From a plasmid, in the sequence record NZ_CP027239.1: a DNA stretch of 64,000 nt, one strand, 5' to 3'. The notes below the pieces were generated by a model. The model was not told where the DNA came from. It saw only the letters and a list, made by a program, of their open reading frames with translations, and made no database searches. Both the position numbers and the translations under genes were made by a program. Of the stretch, positions 1-9,598 are shown piece after piece; positions within the stretch are counted from its first letter, which is position 1, and each line of letters opens with the position of its first letter.

Positions 1-625
1 GCACCCGCCGCGTCGACCCGGCCGGCGTCGTCACACACGCCAGCCACCGTTCGCGCCGGGCCATCGCCCCCGACGAATCGAGCGTCTCGTCATAGACGGT
101 CGGCACCACGCCCGGGGCGCTGCCGTCGCCGGCGACGACACCACGAGCACTCAACCAATCCGACAACTCGCCCGGCCCGCGCGTCTCGAACATGCGGATC
201 TCGCGTTCGGAGAACACCTCACGCCCAGAGGTCACCAACGCCGCCGCCTGCTCGGTGATCAACAGGCGGTGCAGCATCTGCGACGCCTTCGGTCGCACAC
301 CCGTCGACAGTGGGTGGGCCGCGCCGAGGACAGTGCGCTGACCGTCCAGGGTCGGCCACACCACGGGCCCGGCCCACGGCATGGAGTTGTCGCGTTCCAG
401 AAGGCCACCCTCGACCATTTTGCGGATCCGCTGGCGGGCCGTCTCCCACGAACCGTCGTAGAAGAACCGGGCCGCCTGGCGGACGCTGATCACCGTGAAC
501 CGCGACAGGAACCCCAACAGTTCCATGTCGCGGCCGTCGCGCCGCCACCCGTCGCCGCGCGTCAGACCGGACCGTTCGCCGCGGGAACGGCGACGACGCT
601 CACGCGCCGCGCGGTGCTCCGTCAT
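1..625 (-). CDS. replication-relaxation family (winged-HTH) protein; C-terminus cut by window edge
   Basis: Minus-strand frame is open from ATG at complement(623..625) to position 1 (hand-translated: MTEHRAARERRRRSRGERSGL...LGFLSRFTVISVRQAARFFYDGSWETARQRIRKMVEGGLLER...). GGAAGGGGG RBS just upstream. Not in the ORF track because it runs off the edge. Architecture resembles replication-relaxation proteins of actinomycete plasmids and AICEs. Confidence 0.6.
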   Translation of the reverse strand, partial: MTEHRAARERRRRSRGERSGLTRGDGWRRDGRDMELLGFLSRFTVISVRQAARFFYDGSWETARQRIRKMVEGGLLERDNSMPWAGPVVWPTLDGQRTVLGAAHPLSTGVRPKASQMLHRLLITEQAAALVTSGREVFSEREIRMFETRGPGELSDWLSARGVVAGDGSAPGVVPTVYDETLDSSGAMARRERWLACVTTPAGSTRRV

Positions 626-639
626 GCCCCCTTCCAGGG

Positions 640-2400
640 CCTCGAGCTCCGCCTCCCACGACCGCAGTATCCGAACCACGCAACTCCCCTACCGGCAGGC
701 AACACGTTCACCAACTACCTCACCAACGGGTGGTGAGATTACACAAACCCACCGTACCCCAGACACCAGCCGTAACACGCCCGAAACCTCACCACCCCAG
801 CCCCCCACCCACACCCCGACTAGATCGAAAAACCCCAAGCACCCACAAGGTGCAACAACCCCAACGAGACCACGCGGCCCAAAGGCCACAACGGTGACAC
901 CGGGGCAGTGCACAACGATGCCCCCAGCAACGCTGGGACCACCCGACCACGCCGCGAACCGCATGCGACAGCCACGACCCGGAGGGCCGCGGCAGTCGAC
1001 CACCGGTCCGCCCCGCAGGGTCGGTGCCGCACCCTCGCTCGCCGCGCCGGGTCGGGGCCTCGCCCACACCAACAGTGACCCGCCCGGGGGGCGTGCCAAC
1101 TGTGGTGGGGCTGGCCCACGACCGGACGCGTCTCGCTTGCGGGGCGGCCCCTCGATGTCGGCGGGCAGGCAACGGCAGGCAGCCCACAGCGGTGGGCCCC
1201 ACACCCCACACCCGGCTCACCGCAGGCGGTGACCACCAGGGGCGCGATGTGCAGTCCGCCGCTTCCGCGATGTGGGTGCCGCGGGCATCACCGTGGGTGG
1301 GGAGCACTCGCGGCGTGGCCACGCCAACGGTGTGTCTGGGAGTGGTCTTGCGGTTGTGTTCACGCCACCGTTCGGGGCCGCCCTGCCGGGCGACCCTGCT
1401 GTGGGTGGTCGGGGTGTTGCCTGCCGCTGTGGGCTTCGCGGTTGGCTGCGGTTGTGCACTGCGTGGGGGTGAGCCCCGGGAGGGTCGCTGACGGTTCGGC
1501 AGTGGGCTGCCCGTAGGAGACTGCGCGCGGACGGTGACCGAAGTGGCGGGGGGTGCGGCGAAGCCGCGCCCTGTGCCGGGAGGCTGCCTGACGGTGGGCC
1601 ACCGGGGCGGGCCGGGTGTCGACTGCCGCTGTGGGCAGCGCAGGCAACTGCCGGCAGCAGGCCGCGGGGCGCGGGCGGCCAGCCGGCGGCACCCCCAGGC
1701 GGTCAACCACCGCAACCCCCCGCAAAGGCCGCCGACTGGCGGGCAGGACACCAGCCACCGCCGGAAGGGTGGCGCGCCAGCGACGCCCCATGGGGTGCGG
1801 CGAAGCCGTGCCCCATCAACCCCCCACACAGCCCGGCGGCCCGCGACACCAGACGGCGACCCGTGCACTGCGCCGCGGCAGGGGGCAGCCGCGCGGTGCA
1901 CAGCCGAGGGGCAGCGCCCAGCCGCGCCGGCCGGCCGCCCGCTACGCGGGCAGGCCCGGCGCGGCCCGGCAGGCGCACCCGCGCCGGCGGCGGGCAGCGC
2001 GACGAGCTCCAGGAGATCGCCCCAACGCCAGAGGCACGGAAGGGCGTCCTACGACAGGGGCAGGGCGCAGCAAACCAGTGGGGCCGTGACGGGCGGCAGG
2101 TGGGTCACCGCCGGGGAAGTTCACCGCCAGCTGTGGACTTCGGCAGAGGTCGGCAGAGGGTGCGGCGTAGGTGGTGGGTCACCGTCGGGTGCAACCCCAG
2201 TCGGATGTGGGCGTGCGGGCTCGGCGGGTGCTGGGTGGGTTGGTGGGTGGGTTGCGGTGGCGGGCGCGCGGCGCGGGGTGGGGGTTGTTTTTGTTGGTGG
2301 GGGGTGTGGGGGGTGCGGCTGCTGGTGCGCGGAGCGCGGGCGCCGCGGAGGTGCGGCGCTGTAAGGTAGTGCCTGCACCTGCATGGGGGGACGAGACGGA
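640..2400. other. long non-coding, strand-asymmetric region (C/A-rich 700-1000, then G/T-rich with G-runs 1200-2400)
   Basis: Only Pro/Arg/Gly-rich shadow ORFs on all frames. No RBS-start contexts. Strong strand-composition switch. Dense GGTGGG/GGGTGG runs (e.g. 2200-2350). Confidence 0.5.
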
Positions 2401-2410
2401 GGCGTGGCGG

Positions 2411-3022
2411 ATGGTTCGGATCTCTGGGGACGTGGCGGCGGATCGGGCGGCGGCCGGCGCGCGGGCTCGGGCGGCGTTGGCGGCGGAGGCCAGGGCGAGG
2501 GCTGCGTTGGAGGCTGCGCAGGACCGCTCTGGGGCGGCGTTGGCGTTGGCGCGGATGGCTGGGGTGCCGTGGCGGGAGCTCGAGGGCGACCTCGGGATGT
2601 CGCGGCAGTCGTTGGTGGAGCGGCTGGCTCGGTGGGGTCGCCGCACGGGCGGCGGCGAGGGGACCAGATTTGCTCTTCCGTCGGCGGTGCTGGATCCCGG
2701 CTCGGGTGGGGTGGTCGATGACGGTCAGGGCGAGCCGCCGGCGCTGTGGTCGGACCCGGAGGTGCGGGCGCAGACGGAGGCCGCGGTGCGGTGGGTGACC
2801 CACCGGGCCAGGGTGACGGCGAGCAAGAAGACGGGGGACGAAGAGTTGGTGGCTCTGTGCCGGGAGTTGGCGGGGCGGGCGGAGCGGGCGGCGCTCGCGG
2901 AGGCCCGTCGGTTGGCGGGGATCCCGGGGACAGATTCGCGTCAGGCCGGGCAGCTGGTGTTCCGGGCTGCCGCGGCGGTGGCGCCGGCCGGTGACGGCTC
3001 GAGCGAGAGCTCCGGGAGCTGA
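2411..3022 (+). CDS. hypothetical protein with HTH-like segment (dubious; atypical G-ending codons)
   Basis: Open frame MVRISGD...MAGVPWRELEGDLGMSRQSLVERLARWGRR... Codon usage is GCG/CGG/TTG-rich, unlike neighbours, and follows the G-rich strand bias of the upstream region. Confidence 0.35.
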   Translation: MVRISGDVAADRAAAGARARAALAAEARARAALEAAQDRSGAALALARMAGVPWRELEGDLGMSRQSLVERLARWGRRTGGGEGTRFALPSAVLDPGSGGVVDDGQGEPPALWSDPEVRAQTEAAVRWVTHRARVTASKKTGDEELVALCRELAGRAERAALAEARRLAGIPGTDSRQAGQLVFRAAAAVAPAGDGSSESSGS

Positions 3023-3082
3023 CGTGAAGAACGGGCGGCCGAGCGGGCCGGCCCGCAGGGGGACGTGTGGCCGGGGTGGGCC

Positions 3083-3115
3083 TGTCTCCCTGGGAGACAC
3101 CGGCGGTTTCTGTCC
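3083..3115 (+). promoter_or_regulatory. palindrome TGTCTCCC-t-GGGAGACA + 10 nt + CTGTCC composite element (copy 1)
   Basis: Seen directly. Same architecture recurs at 5 other sites. Confidence 0.5.
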
Positions 3116-3579
3116 GCCCCCGGCGGCAGGCCGTGCCCGGGTCGTCGAGCTGCTTCTGGATCGCCCACATCGCCTGGGGTCTGACCCGGCGGCGAGTCGG
3201 CGCCGCGCGGCCCGGCCACCTTCACTGGCTCTGGGCGTGACGGGGACCAAACACGCGATTGGTGGCGGGCCTGCTCCCGCGGGCCACTCCCCCGCGGCCG
3301 GCACCTCGCCCCAGCCGTCCGCCCCCGCCGGGCCGCCGAGTGGGTCAGGGACAAGAATCGACCAGCTCCCCCGCCGACGCCGCGCACCGCAGGGCGGCCC
3401 GGACCGTCGCCGATCAACCCCCGGGGGCAGACGGGCCCAGCGGCCCCCAGCGGCCCCTCGCGACGGCGCGGCCCGGGATGGTCCGCGAGGTCCGGGCCGG
3501 CGCCACAGTCACCGGCGGCGGGTGCAGGGTAGGGACCAGACGGCGACCCTCGCCGCCCCTTCACCATCGGAGGCACGCC

Positions 3580-4011
3580 ATGACCCTCGCCAACCCGTCC
3601 CTCACCAACCCGTCCCTCACCCCAACCGGCCGCCTGGAGAACCTGTCCGATCGCGTCACGAACCTGCGCGACCGCCTCGACGGCCTGCGCGACAGAGAGC
3701 ACCTCAGCGAGTGGCTGCGCGACGACCTGGACTCGGTGCAGACCCTGCTCGACCGCATCGACCGTGCCGTCGCCGAAACGCTCGGCCGGATCCACTCCCT
3801 CACCCGCTTCGGGGACGAGATGTGCTCGGAGTCAAAGCAGCTCGCGAACACGCTCGTGCTCGCCGAAGACCCGTGGATCAACTACGCCCACGCCCGCCTG
3901 GCCGCCGCCAACATCACCTACCTGGCCCTGCGGCCCGCCCCGTGTCGACGCCCCACCCACACCCGGCAGCGGGCAGCCCGCCCGTCCGCGGGCCGGCCCC
4001 GTCACCGGTAG
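3580..4011 (+). CDS. hypothetical protein
   Basis: GGAGG 7 nt upstream of ATG. C-preferring GC3 codons. Coiled-coil-like sequence (LRDRLDGLRDREHLSEWLRDDLDSVQTLLDRIDRA). Confidence 0.6.
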   Translation: MTLANPSLTNPSLTPTGRLENLSDRVTNLRDRLDGLRDREHLSEWLRDDLDSVQTLLDRIDRAVAETLGRIHSLTRFGDEMCSESKQLANTLVLAEDPWINYAHARLAAANITYLALRPAPCRRPTHTRQRAARPSAGRPRHR

Positions 4012-4213
4012 CCGACGAGGACAGCCCCGCCGCGCCCGGCACCGGGCCGGCTGGCGGGCCCCGGCACCGTGCCAGCGCCGCGGTTCAGGCCGCACACGGC
4101 AGGCCGCCGGCAGCGGAGAACGCTGCTGCAATTCCCGCCGGACAAGGGACCGTATCGGGGTAGCGCGGCGGCACCCGCCCAGCGCCGACATCCCCTGACC
4201 GGAAGGCCCACCC

Positions 4214-4678
4214 ATGACCACCACCGCAGCCACTCGCATCGTCGCCAATCCCGACCTGACGGCCGGGGATCGCATCGCCACCCCGGACGGCTGGGTCACC
4301 CTCGAAGGGGACGCCGTTGCCAGCAGTCGAGCCCCGGACATGGTGTGCGTCGACGTCGCCGCCGGAACCCTGTACCTGGCCGCGGCGCAGTCGAGCCGAG
4401 TCCTGGACCAAGATCTCCACGACGAACCGCTGCTCGATGAGACCTACCTGGAGAGCAAGGGCTACAGCTCCGCCGACATCGAACTGTTCGCCCTCGGTCT
4501 GGCCCTGGGGCAAGGACGCGCCGCCGGCCTCACCGACGCCGCCACCATCCACCGGTTCTGCCTCGCCGACCCCGACGACGTCGACCGGCTCCTGACCTAC
4601 ACCGGCCACAGCGACCCGGGCCAGCTCCATCCCACCGCGGACACCGCCCTGGACTTCATCCAGAGCTACCGCGACTGA
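4214..4678 (+). CDS. hypothetical protein
   Basis: GGAAGG RBS. Clean 154-aa ORF with typical codon usage. Confidence 0.65.
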   Translation: MTTTAATRIVANPDLTAGDRIATPDGWVTLEGDAVASSRAPDMVCVDVAAGTLYLAAAQSSRVLDQDLHDEPLLDETYLESKGYSSADIELFALGLALGQGRAAGLTDAATIHRFCLADPDDVDRLLTYTGHSDPGQLHPTADTALDFIQSYRD

Positions 4679-4826
4679 AACTGCGCCGACCGGGCAGCGC
4701 CGCCCGGGCGGGGCGGCGGGGCCCCGGCCCGCCTGGCGCATCCCCGCTGTTCACACTGGGGACTGGACGACCTGCGCGGCCTTGGCAGTGTGCCCACCTC
4801 AGCGCTCCGGCCCGGTCGCAGCTCAC

Positions 4827-4860
4827 TGTCTCCCACGGGAGACGGCACCGGCCCCTGTCC
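4827..4860 (+). promoter_or_regulatory. palindrome TGTCTCCC-ac-GGGAGAC + CTGTCC composite element (copy 2)
   Basis: 26 bp identical to copy 3 (gcagctcactgtctcccacgggagac). Confidence 0.5.
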
Positions 4861-4967
4861 AGCCATCGGCGCTGGTCTCTGGCGGACGGTAGTGGTCGTC
4901 GACGCGACCCCGGAGTCATAGGGCAATTCGCCCCTGTTCATGATCGAATACTCATGATTGCTCGTCA

Positions 4968-5606
4968 GTGAGCGGAAAGAGGTCGAAAGTGTCACTCCGT
5001 AGACAGCTTGCATGCGCGGGCATCGCGCTCGCAGTAGCTGGAGCTCCAGCCGTTGCCCATGCCCAGTCCCTCAACTTCGGGTCACTCGGCTCCACCGGGC
5101 CCGCGCAGCCCGCGCCGCCGACGGCAGCTCCGTCGTGGCAAGACCAGCCAATCCCGTTTAGAGCCTCCGGATCGAAGAAGTGGCGAGGCGAGGGCTGGAG
5201 CACCTCCTGCTACATCCGCGTTTCCATCGACCTGAGCTACTGGAACGCCGATACCCGTTGGTTCTCCATGTACCCCGATCTTCCCTACGGAGAGCTCTAC
5301 GCAGTAAACGACAACACCGGAGAGGCCAAGTACCTAAGCCTCACGGGCGGAGACGGCCGGTTCAGCGGGGGAATCATTGCCAGCTACGGGCTTCTGGACC
5401 GGTTCCCCGCCGGGGAAACCTCCATCGTGCGGATGGAAATCCGCACGAGGGACGGCGAGGTCACTGTCCTCGGTACGGCGCCCGTGACCATCCCCGCGGA
5501 ATGCCCGGTCAGCGACGAGGAAGCACTTGCAAAGTTCGGTCCGAACCAAGTCGGGGAACTTGCCCGCCAGATCACCCCGGACGGGCTGACGCTGACCCGC
5601 TCCTGA
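4968..5606 (+). CDS. secreted protein with Sec signal peptide (AHA-Q cleavage motif)
   Basis: N-terminus MSGKRSKVSLRRQLACAGIALAVAGAPAVAHAQ. 212-aa ORF. Confidence 0.7.
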   Translation: MSGKRSKVSLRRQLACAGIALAVAGAPAVAHAQSLNFGSLGSTGPAQPAPPTAAPSWQDQPIPFRASGSKKWRGEGWSTSCYIRVSIDLSYWNADTRWFSMYPDLPYGELYAVNDNTGEAKYLSLTGGDGRFSGGIIASYGLLDRFPAGETSIVRMEIRTRDGEVTVLGTAPVTIPAECPVSDEEALAKFGPNQVGELARQITPDGLTLTRS

Positions 5607-5707
5607 CCTACGCATCCTGCTGACATTCGGCAAGCGGACAGAAAGGATCGGGTGCCGGATTCCGGGCTGGAGGCCGGCCCCCGCACCCCGGCGCGGGCGC
5701 AGCTCAC

Positions 5708-5741
5708 TGTCTCCCACGGGAGACAACGACGGCTCCTGTCC
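5708..5741 (+). promoter_or_regulatory. palindrome + CTGTCC composite element (copy 3)
   Basis: tgtctcccacgggagaca then ctgtcc 10 nt downstream. Confidence 0.5.
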
Positions 5742-5869
5742 GTGACTGTGCGCAGGTCACGGGCCGCCTTCTGGGGCGACGACATCTGCCCGGTCTGGTT
5801 CGGCGAGACCGACGTCCCACGCTGACCGGCTGCTGCCGCCCAGTCAGACTCAGGTGAGAGTGTTCAGGC

Positions 5870-7066
5870 ATGAACGCGCACCCCTTCTCCGCGACGATCG
5901 AGCAGATTCGACGCGGCCCGTTCGTGCCGGGCCGCAACGCCGACCCCGATGTGCTGGCCGTCAAGCACACCCACATTCGGGATCCGCATGTCGCGCCGAT
6001 CAACGCGCTAGCCGACCGGGTCGCCGACGCCGAGGGCATCGACCGTGGCCTAGTGCCGTACGTCGACCCGCAGATGGGAGGTGTCGAGGCAGCGGTCCTG
6101 GCGCTGCTGGACAACCCGTCGACCAAAGCCGAGGCGGGGACAGGATCGGGCCTGCTTAGCCTGGAAAATGACGACCGAACCGCCCGCTTCTGCGCCGAGC
6201 AGTACAACCGATTCGGACTCGCCCCAGGCGAGGTCGTGCACTGGAACGCCGCGCCCGCCCCCGTCCCCGGAGCAAAGAACGGAGCCTCGACCGCCGCCGA
6301 ACGCGCTCGAGGCGCCCGATGGCTTCACGACCTGCTCGACCTGCTGCCGAACCTGCAAGTGGTACTCCTGATGGGCCGCAACGCCAGAGACGGCTGGAGG
6401 AGATCCGGTCTGGCGCCTGCAGGCATCCTCATCCCCGCGCAAGTGCCCCACCCCTCAGGTCGGGGCATGGCCAACACCGATGCGCACCCACGGCTGCACC
6501 GCGGCCTGGCCGCCACGATGACCGCCCTGCACGGCCCAGGCCTGGCCACCCCGCCCGCACCGTCCGCCAGCGGACACCGAAAGGCCACCTCCACTCCCCC
6601 GAGGTCCCCTGCAGCAGTCAAGCCCGCCTCGCAGATACCCGCCTCCACCGCGGTAAACCCGGACCTCACTGCCCGAGCCGGGTGGCAAGGTGACGCCATG
6701 ACTCCATCGCCCACGCCACAGACCCAACCCATACCGTCTGACGGCGCCGTCTGGGGCTGGTGGCCCACGTTCGAGCACTACTCCAGCACCGGGTCGAACC
6801 CCTGGGGCGTCTCGACCAATCTCAAGCAGGTGGAGGCCGCCATCGACCGTCACGACGGGCCACCGCGCAAGACGAGCCCGATTGCTCGACTGACCTCCAC
6901 CGGGTGGGTTCTCGAAGCCAAGCGGGGCAACGGTCGCACCATCGACATGAAGCCTCGCCAGGCCGACAGGTACATCAACGCCCGCGCCGGCGGCCCCTGG
7001 GGCAACCAAGGCAAGGTCCCGCCCTCGCACGAGCTGACCCGCCCGACCGTCCACCTCGACAAGTAG
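5870..7066 (+). CDS. hypothetical protein; N-terminal ~210 aa tentatively uracil-DNA-glycosylase-superfamily-like, C-terminal half unknown
   Basis: 398-aa ORF. VVLLMGRNA beta-strand followed by VPHPSGRG (resembles UDG motif B HPSPL/R). ENDDRTARFCAEQYNRFGL resembles the family-4 E..D..G.PF.G.AG.LL region. Motif A is degenerate. Confidence 0.6.
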   Translation: MNAHPFSATIEQIRRGPFVPGRNADPDVLAVKHTHIRDPHVAPINALADRVADAEGIDRGLVPYVDPQMGGVEAAVLALLDNPSTKAEAGTGSGLLSLENDDRTARFCAEQYNRFGLAPGEVVHWNAAPAPVPGAKNGASTAAERARGARWLHDLLDLLPNLQVVLLMGRNARDGWRRSGLAPAGILIPAQVPHPSGRGMANTDAHPRLHRGLAATMTALHGPGLATPPAPSASGHRKATSTPPRSPAAVKPASQIPASTAVNPDLTARAGWQGDAMTPSPTPQTQPIPSDGAVWGWWPTFEHYSSTGSNPWGVSTNLKQVEAAIDRHDGPPRKTSPIARLTSTGWVLEAKRGNGRTIDMKPRQADRYINARAGGPWGNQGKVPPSHELTRPTVHLDK

Positions 7067-7138
7067 ACGGACCGGGCCCTGCGTTCTGTCCCACGGTTCG
7101 ATCCGGGACGGCGCAGACCGGCGTAGCGTCTTCCCGTA

Positions 7139-7875
7139 TGTGCGGTCGGTATTCGGTAGCGGTTAGTGGCGCTGACCTGGTCGACGTCCTGCAGCTCGAT
7201 GGAACTGAGCCAGGGTTCGAGTGGGCGCCTGCCTACTCCGTCGCCCCCAGAACACGTGCCCCGGTGATCCGTGACCGCGTGGTCGGCGATCAGCGGGTCC
7301 GGGAAGCGCTCCTGCCCACGTGGGGCCTACGGCCGTCGTGGGCCAAGGAGAAGGGGCCTCGCCCGATTAACGCGCGCCTCGAGGGGGTCGCCACCAACGG
7401 GATGTTCCGCTCGGCCTTAGCCTCAGCACGCGTCCTCGTCCCGATGACCGGGTACTACGAGTGGCAGGAAGCCGTAGAGGACGGCAAGACGGTCAAGAAC
7501 CCCTCCTACGTCCACGCCTCCGACGACGAGCTCCTGGCCGCCGCTGGGCTGCTCGCGTTCCACCGCGACGGCGACGAGGAGGACTGGAAGGCGACGTTCA
7601 CCATCATCACCCGCACCGGGGAAGACGCCGCCGGCGAAGTCCACGACCGGATGCCGGTCTTCCTCACAGAGGCGGCGTGGAACACCTGGCTGAACCCGGA
7701 GAAGATCGCCAAAGACCAGGCCGGCGATCTACTCGACCTGCTCGACGGCGAATCCCGCACCGTCGCATCAACCCTGCAGACCCGCCCCGTGTCCCGGGCA
7801 GTGAACAACGTCCGCACCGTCGATCGCCATGACGCCAGCCTCATCACGGCCGTGCAGCGGCCACCGCAGAGCTGA
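7139..7875 (+). CDS. SOS-response-associated peptidase (SRAP/YedK/HMCES-like abasic-site processing protein)
   Basis: Starts MCGRY (catalytic Cys2 hallmark). The ORF track 5-prime extension (6760) is upstream junk. Confidence 0.85.
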
Positions 7876-7938
7876 TCCCAGGTCCGAGAAGGCCAGCCCG
7901 ACCGGGTCGCTGTCCAGCGGAGCGCCCGGCCGACGCGG

Positions 7939-8787
7939 TCACTCGACGAAGGCCCGCTCCAGCTCGTCGGACAGGCGGACAGACGCGTCGACGCACTGCG
8001 ACGCCAAGGAACCGATCGTGCCGAGGAACTCAGGCACGCGTGGGGTGTCCTGCAGGTCCCGGACCAACTCCATGCGAGCGAACACGTACAGCGCATCGGC
8101 CATCTTGGTGACGAGGGTGTCGATTACTTCGATGTCGCCGGCGGTGTCGCGGACGCTCCCCGCGACCGCGGATGCAGCCAGGACCAGCTGGCTGATCATG
8201 GCGTCCACGGCCATGAGCTCGTCGATTCGTGGATCGGTGCCGCCGTCGGTCGCCGTGGCCAGGTGTGATCGGGGGTCGCCGCCTTCGGCCTCGAAGTAGG
8301 CCGCCAGTAGAACCTGGGTCGATACGGTCGCCGCCGCCAGCATCCCGAGCCCCTTAGTGAAGACCGCCAGCGGCAGCACAACCATCTCGGGTTCACCGTC
8401 GAACACGGCGCCGTTGTCGGCGCAGGGGCCCGCAGTGAGGTACCAGTCCTCGAGCTCCTCTTTGATCTCGTCGCAGTCGTCGCCGTTGATGCTGTCCGGC
8501 CCGCCGGGCACCAGGCGATGGGCGATCAAGATGAGGTGGCACCAGTCGCTGGGCAGAAACGCGTCGAACGGCTCCTCGTCGGGGTCCTCCCGGCCTGGGC
8601 CGCCTGGGTCGGTGCACACGTTGTCGGGGATCCACCGCAACCACGCTTCCACCTGGTCGGGCAGCATCTCCGCCCCGTGGTCCGCCAGGGCGGTTCGTAC
8701 GGTGTCGGTCAGTGGGCCGGGCCAGGAGTCGTCCATTGGCCCAGTATGTGGCCGCGGCGCAGTGCTTCGGACCGACTTCGTCGACAT
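7939..8787 (-). CDS. hypothetical acidic protein (alternative start at 8737, MDDSWPG)
   Basis: 282-aa minus-strand ORF with good codon usage. Confidence 0.55.
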   Translation of the reverse strand: MSTKSVRSTAPRPHTGPMDDSWPGPLTDTVRTALADHGAEMLPDQVEAWLRWIPDNVCTDPGGPGREDPDEEPFDAFLPSDWCHLILIAHRLVPGGPDSINGDDCDEIKEELEDWYLTAGPCADNGAVFDGEPEMVVLPLAVFTKGLGMLAAATVSTQVLLAAYFEAEGGDPRSHLATATDGGTDPRIDELMAVDAMISQLVLAASAVAGSVRDTAGDIEVIDTLVTKMADALYVFARMELVRDLQDTPRVPEFLGTIGSLASQCVDASVRLSDELERAFVE

Positions 8788-8842
8788 CGGCGACGGCCAC
8801 AGCCGGCCCGATCGAGCTCGCGGTTGAGGCGGTCACGACATG

Positions 8843-8852
8843 CTGCTGCACC
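8843..8852 (+). promoter_or_regulatory. CTGCTGCACC conserved upstream motif (representative copy)
   Basis: ~85 nt upstream of ATG 8936. Confidence 0.5.
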
Positions 8853-8935
8853 GCGGGGCGGGGACGTGACGATGGATCGGCATCACCCCGCGTAGTGGAC
8901 TGCGCGGGCCGCCCCGCAGCTCAAGGAGTACGACC

Positions 8936-9565
8936 ATGCCGAACTGGGCCACCTGCACCATCTCGTTCGCCGGACCCACCCAGGGGGTGGCGGCCATCCG
9001 CGACAGTCTCGCCCCGGCTCCGGCGGATCCGTCGGAGCTGCGGTTCGACTTCAACAAGCTGTTGCCGACGCCTTCCGAGTTGGATGCCGTCATCTCGCCG
9101 CTGCGGGTGGTGGAGACCCAGGAGGAGGCCGACGAGATCAACGGTGATTCCGACCGGATCTGGGCCGTCACGCGGGCGACGGCGGAGCGCTTCATTCAGG
9201 ACTTTGGTGCCGTCAACTGCCTCAACTGGCGACGGGCAAATTGGGGAACCAAGTGGAACGGGCACTGCGCCGAGATCCTCCTCGACTGCCCCGGCGACGT
9301 GATCGTGCGGTTCGACACGGCCTGGACCGAACCCGGCCAGCTGTTGCAGGCCATGAGCCAGAAGCACGGGCTGACCATCACCGGCGGAGTCATCTACGAA
9401 GACGGCAGCGAGTTCTTCCCCGTGGCCTACTACCCCACCGGGACTTGCGACACCGCCGAGGCCGCAGAGTTGTTCGCGCGGCGCTTCGTCGTACGTGAGG
9501 AGACCGTCTACGACCCGGACGAGCCTGAGTCCACCTGGGTCGACCGCTGGATCGAGCTGGCGTAG
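8936..9565 (+). CDS. DUF1281-like protein (MPNW... N-terminus)
   Basis: MPNWATCTISFAGP...FDFNKLLPTP matches the conserved N-terminus of the DUF1281/Api92-like family as I recall it. Confidence 0.65.
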   Translation: MPNWATCTISFAGPTQGVAAIRDSLAPAPADPSELRFDFNKLLPTPSELDAVISPLRVVETQEEADEINGDSDRIWAVTRATAERFIQDFGAVNCLNWRRANWGTKWNGHCAEILLDCPGDVIVRFDTAWTEPGQLLQAMSQKHGLTITGGVIYEDGSEFFPVAYYPTGTCDTAEAAELFARRFVVREETVYDPDEPESTWVDRWIELA

Positions 9566-9578
9566 AGGGGACCGCCCC

Positions 9579-9597
9579 CCGCCCGGTGCACGGGCGG
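9579..9597. terminator. hairpin (ccgcccg-gtgca-cgggcgg) between convergent genes
   Basis: 7-bp GC stem, 5-nt loop, between the stops at 9565 (+) and 9599 (-). Confidence 0.4.
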
Positions 9598-9598
9598 A

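Noticed and set aside
789-3304. Long ORFs on both strands (e.g. 789..1901 -, 2105..3304 -, 2121..3170 -, 1534..2364 +) encoding Pro/Arg/Gly-rich polypeptides
   Set aside because: Low-complexity translations typical of out-of-frame or non-coding high-GC DNA. No RBS-start contexts. Mutually overlapping. Treated as the non-coding asymmetric region plus shadow ORFs.
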